The notes under the pieces are model-generated. The model had not been told where the DNA came from. It searched no databases and saw only the letters and a program-made list of their open reading frames with translations. Positions 48,401 through 51,096 of a stretch of DNA of 51,096 nt are shown here, piece by piece (position 1 is the stretch's first letter; every line of letters starts with the position of its first letter). A program made the position numbers and the translations under genes. The stretch comes from an uncultured Mycobacterium sp. Lineage in GTDB: Bacteria > Actinomycetota > Actinomycetes > Mycobacteriales > Mycobacteriaceae. The stretch is taken from the NCBI GenBank assembly GCA_964397355.1, contig CAYNJD010000001.1:1-51096 (forward strand). Reading direction: 5' to 3'.

Positions 48401-49835
48401 GCTGGGGGTCCGCGTGGCCGGCGACGCGCTGGGAAGGCTTGCCGCCGACGGGCGGGTGGTGCGCGGTGAATTCGCCGACTTCCCGGACTCCGCCGGCGAA
48501 CAGTGGTGCGACGCCGACGTGCTGCGGATCCTGCGCCGCCGGTCGCTGGCCGCGCTGCGCTCGGCGATCGAGCCGGTGTCACCGGCCGCCTACGCCCGTT
48601 TCCTGCCGGCGTGGCAGCAGCTCGACGGCGGCGCTGAGGGCATCGCCGGGCTGGCCGCGGTCATCGAACAGCTGGCGGGGGTGCCGCTGCCGGCCTCAGC
48701 GGTCGAGCCGCTGGTGCTGGGCCCGCGGGTGCGTGACTACTCGCCGGCCATGCTCGACGAACTCCTGGCGTCCGGGGAGGTGCTGTGGTCGGGGGCGGGC
48801 GCCCCGGGCGGCAGCACACCGGCCACCGACGGCTGGATCGCCTTCCACACCGCCGATTCGGCGCCGTTGACGTTGAGCACCGGTGCGCCGATCGAGTTCG
48901 GCGACGCGCACCGCGGCATCCTGGCTGCGCTGGGCGGTGGCGGCGCGTTCTTCTTCCGTCAGCTCTGCGGTGACAGCGGCGAGGCGGAGCTGAAAGCGGC
49001 GCTGTGGGAACTGATCTGGGCGGGATGGGTCACCGGCGACACCTTCGCCCCGGTGCGCGCGGTGCTGGCCGGCACCCGGCGCGCCACCCCGGCACACCGC
49101 AACCGGCGCCCGCCCCGGCTCAGCCGTTACAGCGTCGCGCACGCCGCGGCCCGCGCCGCCGACCCGGCGGTGGCCGGGCGCTGGTCGCTGTTGCCCGCAC
49201 CGGAACCGGATTCCACGCTACGGGCCCACCACCGCGCCGAGGTGTTGCTGCACCGCTACGGCGTGCTGACCCGCGGGGCGGTGACCGCCGAAGCGGTGCC
49301 GGGCGGGTTCGCCACCGTCTACAAGGTGCTGACCGGATTCGAGGAGGCGGGCCGATGCCAGCGCGGCTACTTCATCGAATCGCTGGGCGCGGCGCAGTTC
49401 GCGCTGGCCTCCACCGTGGACCGGCTGCGCGGCTACCTCGACGGTGTGGACCCCGCGCGGCGGGAGTATCACGCGGTGGCGCTGGCCGCCGCCGACCCGG
49501 CCAACCCGTACGGGGCGGCGCTGAGCTGGCCGGCGCACCCCGGGACGGCACGGCCGGGCCGCAAGGCCGGGGCGCTGGTGGTGCTGGTCGACGGCGAACT
49601 GGTGTGGTTCGTCGAGCGTGGCGGCCGGTCGCTGCTGAACTTCTCCGACGACACCGAAGCGCAGCGAGCCGCCGGCGGCGCGCTGGCCGGGCTGATCGCC
49701 GACCGGCGGGTCGACGGAATTCTGGTGGAGCGGGTCGACGGCGTCGCGGTGCTGGAGATCGGTGACTCGCCGACGCTGACCGCGTTGCGCGATGCCGGGT
49801 TCTCCCGCACACCGCGGGGATTGCGGCTGCGCTGA
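45402..49835 (+). CDS. lhr: ATP-dependent DNA helicase Lhr (long form)
   Basis: [37 protein letters not shown]; long C-terminus with DPANPYG. Confidence 0.95.
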   Translation: MSRDTPAPLARFSALTRDWFTGTFTAPTTAQAQAWSAIADGHNTLVVAPTGSGKTLAAFLWALDGLTAAPGPQAGAGTRVLYVSPLKALAVDVERNLRTPLAGIGRLAAHRGLPAPAVTVGVRSGDTPAARRRQLVAHPPDILITTPESLFLMLTSTARQALTGVQTVIVDEVHAVAGTKRGSHLALSLERLDAQLASPAQRIGLSATVRPAEEVARFLSGQSPTRIVAPPAAKTFELTVQVPVPDMASPAEGTIWPEVEERIVDLIEAHHSAIVFANSRRLAERLTGRLNEIHAERCDDEADVLARAHHGSVSKETRAAVEEDLKSGRLRAVVATSSLELGIDMGAVDLVIQIEAPPSVASGLQRIGRAGHQVGEISRGALIPKHRTDLIGCAVSVQRMLHGQIETLTVPANPLDILAQHTVAAAALEPLDADSWFDTVRRSAPFATLPRSVFEATLDLLSGKYPSTEFAELRPRLVYDRDTGTLTGRPGAQRLAVTSGGAIPDRGLFAVYLAGAQKPTRVGELDEEMVYESRPGDVISLGATSWRIAEITHDRVLVAPAPGQPGRLPFWHGDGVGRPAELGAALGAFTGELAGLDRAGLDKRCAGLGFDEYATDNLWRLLNDQRSATGTVPTDTTLVVERFRDELGDWRVVLHSPYGLRVHGPLALAVGRRLHERYGIDEKPTASDDGIVVRLPDTLDADAPGAEMFVFDADEIEPVVTAEVGGSALFASRFRECAARALLLPRRHPGRRTPLWQQRQRAAQLLDVARRYPTFPIVLETVRECLQDVYDVPALTQLMAAIAQRRVRVVQVETATPSPFAASLLFGYVGAFMYEGDSPLAERRAAALSLDPTLLAQLLGRVELRELLDPEVVAAVGAQLQHLTREKAARDAEGVADLLRLLGPLTADEVAARAGGAEVSGWLEHLLAARRVLTVAFAGRRWWVAIEDIGRLRDGIGVAVPPGVPAGFTEPVADPLGELLGRFARTHGPFTTAHAADRFGLGVRVAGDALGRLAADGRVVRGEFADFPDSAGEQWCDADVLRILRRRSLAALRSAIEPVSPAAYARFLPAWQQLDGGAEGIAGLAAVIEQLAGVPLPASAVEPLVLGPRVRDYSPAMLDELLASGEVLWSGAGAPGGSTPATDGWIAFHTADSAPLTLSTGAPIEFGDAHRGILAALGGGGAFFFRQLCGDSGEAELKAALWELIWAGWVTGDTFAPVRAVLAGTRRATPAHRNRRPPRLSRYSVAHAAARAADPAVAGRWSLLPAPEPDSTLRAHHRAEVLLHRYGVLTRGAVTAEAVPGGFATVYKVLTGFEEAGRCQRGYFIESLGAAQFALASTVDRLRGYLDGVDPARREYHAVALAAADPANPYGAALSWPAHPGTARPGRKAGALVVLVDGELVWFVERGGRSLLNFSDDTEAQRAAGGALAGLIADRRVDGILVERVDGVAVLEIGDSPTLTALRDAGFSRTPRGLRLR

Positions 49836-50584
49836 TGCCCGAGGGCGACACCGTTTTTCACACCGCCGCGGTGCTCGGTAACGCCCTGACCGGAAAGACG
49901 TTGACCCGCTGCGATATCCGGATGCCGCGGTATGCCGGAGTCGATCTCAGCGGGCAGCGGGTGGACGAGGTCATCAGCCGCGGCAAGCACCTGTTCATCC
50001 GCGTCGGGCAGGCCAGCATCCACTCGCATCTGAAGATGGACGGCAGCTGGCGGATCGCACGCGGGCCGCTGGACCATCGGGTGCGAATCATGTTGGAGGC
50101 CGGATCAGTTCGCGCCCTGGGAATCGACCTGGGCACCCTGGAGGTGCTGGATCGCCGACGTGACGTCGACGCCGTCGCGCATCTGGGCCCGGATCTGCTG
50201 GGCGGTGATTGGGATCCCGCCACCGCCGCCGCCAATTTGGTCGCCGACCCGCAGCGGCCGCTGGCGGAGGCCCTGTTGGATCAGACCGTGCTGGCCGGCA
50301 TCGGCAACGTCTACTGCAACGAATTGTGTTTCGTCGCCGGCCGGTTGCCGACCACACCGGTCGGTGTGCTGCCCGATCCGGCTCGGCTGGTGTCGCGGGC
50401 CCGCGAGATGCTGTGGGCCAATCGGCTGCGCTGGTCGCGTTGCACCACCGGTGACACGCGCCCGGGCCGGCAGCTGTGGGTGTACGGCCGGGCCGGCAAG
50501 GCCTGCCGACGCTGCCGTACCGCGGTGCGCTCGGACCGCGACGCTGAGCGCATCAGCTTCTGGTGCGCGTCGTGCCAGCGGTGA
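49835..50584 (+). CDS. nei2: Endonuclease VIII (Nei2)
   Basis: [23 protein letters not shown]-terminal Zn finger; coupled to lhr. Confidence 0.93.
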   Translation: MPEGDTVFHTAAVLGNALTGKTLTRCDIRMPRYAGVDLSGQRVDEVISRGKHLFIRVGQASIHSHLKMDGSWRIARGPLDHRVRIMLEAGSVRALGIDLGTLEVLDRRRDVDAVAHLGPDLLGGDWDPATAAANLVADPQRPLAEALLDQTVLAGIGNVYCNELCFVAGRLPTTPVGVLPDPARLVSRAREMLWANRLRWSRCTTGDTRPGRQLWVYGRAGKACRRCRTAVRSDRDAERISFWCASCQR

Positions 50585-50626
50585 TGCCGCAGCCGACGAG
50601 AGCCTCAACGGCTTAGGCGGGGCCGA

Positions 50627-51082
50627 TCACGGCCAGCCGCCGCAGCCCACACCGGGCAGGCAGCCTCCGCCGCCGCCGGGACCGCCCCAGCCGGTGGGTC
50701 CGCCGGGAATCTGGCCGCCGCCGCCACCGGGGCCACCGCTGCCGGTCGGGCCGCCCGGAATCTCACCGCCGCCCCCGCCGGGGCCACCGCCACCGGTCGG
50801 GCCGCCCGGAATCTGGCCGCCACCGCCACCGGGGCCACCGCCACCGGTCGGGCCGCCCGGAATCTCACCGCCACCGCCGGGGCCGTCGGGCTCGCCGGGG
50901 TTCTCCGCGCCGGGGCCACCGGGCACCGGCTCCATCGGAGTGGTCTCGATCGTGGTGGTGGTTGTTGTTGTGGTCTCGGTGGTGCTGGTCGGGGCTTCCT
51001 CTTTGGTGCCGCTGCAGCCCGCCGCCACCAGCGCGGCCGCACTGCCGAGCACCGCGATCGTCATCCTGCCGTGTGCCTTCAT
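50627..51082 (-). CDS. Gly/Pro-rich lipoprotein
   Basis: Lipobox AAGC, Thr-rich linker, four 17-aa repeats. Confidence 0.75.
   Translation of the reverse strand: MKAHGRMTIAVLGSAAALVAAGCSGTKEEAPTSTTETTTTTTTTIETTPMEPVPGGPGAENPGEPDGPGGGGEIPGGPTGGGGPGGGGGQIPGGPTGGGGPGGGGGEIPGGPTGSGGPGGGGGQIPGGPTGWGGPGGGGGCLPGVGCGGWP
50660..50880 (-). repeat. 51-bp tandem repeat x4 encoding IPGGPTGxGGPGGGGG(E/Q/C)
   Basis: GGAAT recurs at 50706, 50757, 50808 and 50859. Confidence 0.9.
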
Positions 51083-51096
51083 CAGAATCAGACTCC

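Overview
High-GC mycobacterial DNA. The right end is the conserved core locus sigF-rsbW(usfX)-usfY-Rv3289c-like ... lhr-nei2. Around it lie about 45 kb of general-stress genes that look like the SigF regulon physically clustered next to sigF itself. By eye I found 12 perfect GTTT-N15/16-GGGTA promoters and 9 one-mismatch variants, nearly all intergenic and pointing into genes. Many sit 10-12 nt before a start codon with no SD, suggesting leaderless mRNAs. Cargo includes a Balon/Rv2629-like hibernation factor, a GMC/SDR operon, a TPP enzyme, UdgX, two GT4 glycosyltransferases, hemerythrin, a PLP decarboxylase, two molybdoenzymes, PfpI, GH15, a Zn-dehydrogenase, an FAD-Rieske protein, CsbD, a GlnR paralogue, partner-switching and ANTAR regulators, and envelope paralogues (CMAS, KasB, Ag85, two cutinases). 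Structure beyond the gene list: (i) five 'hollowed-out' gene remnants or mini-ORFs, four of which keep start/stop overlaps with a neighbour; (ii) a 22-bp bidirectional promoter TACCC-N12-GGGTA used twice; (iii) a riboswitch-like, SD-sequestering leader on the Ag85-like gene; (iv) a NapA/NasA-type molybdoenzyme with no cysteines in its Fe-S motif. No rRNA, tRNA, CRISPR, IS element or integrase was seen. All family calls come from motif recognition, not database searches.
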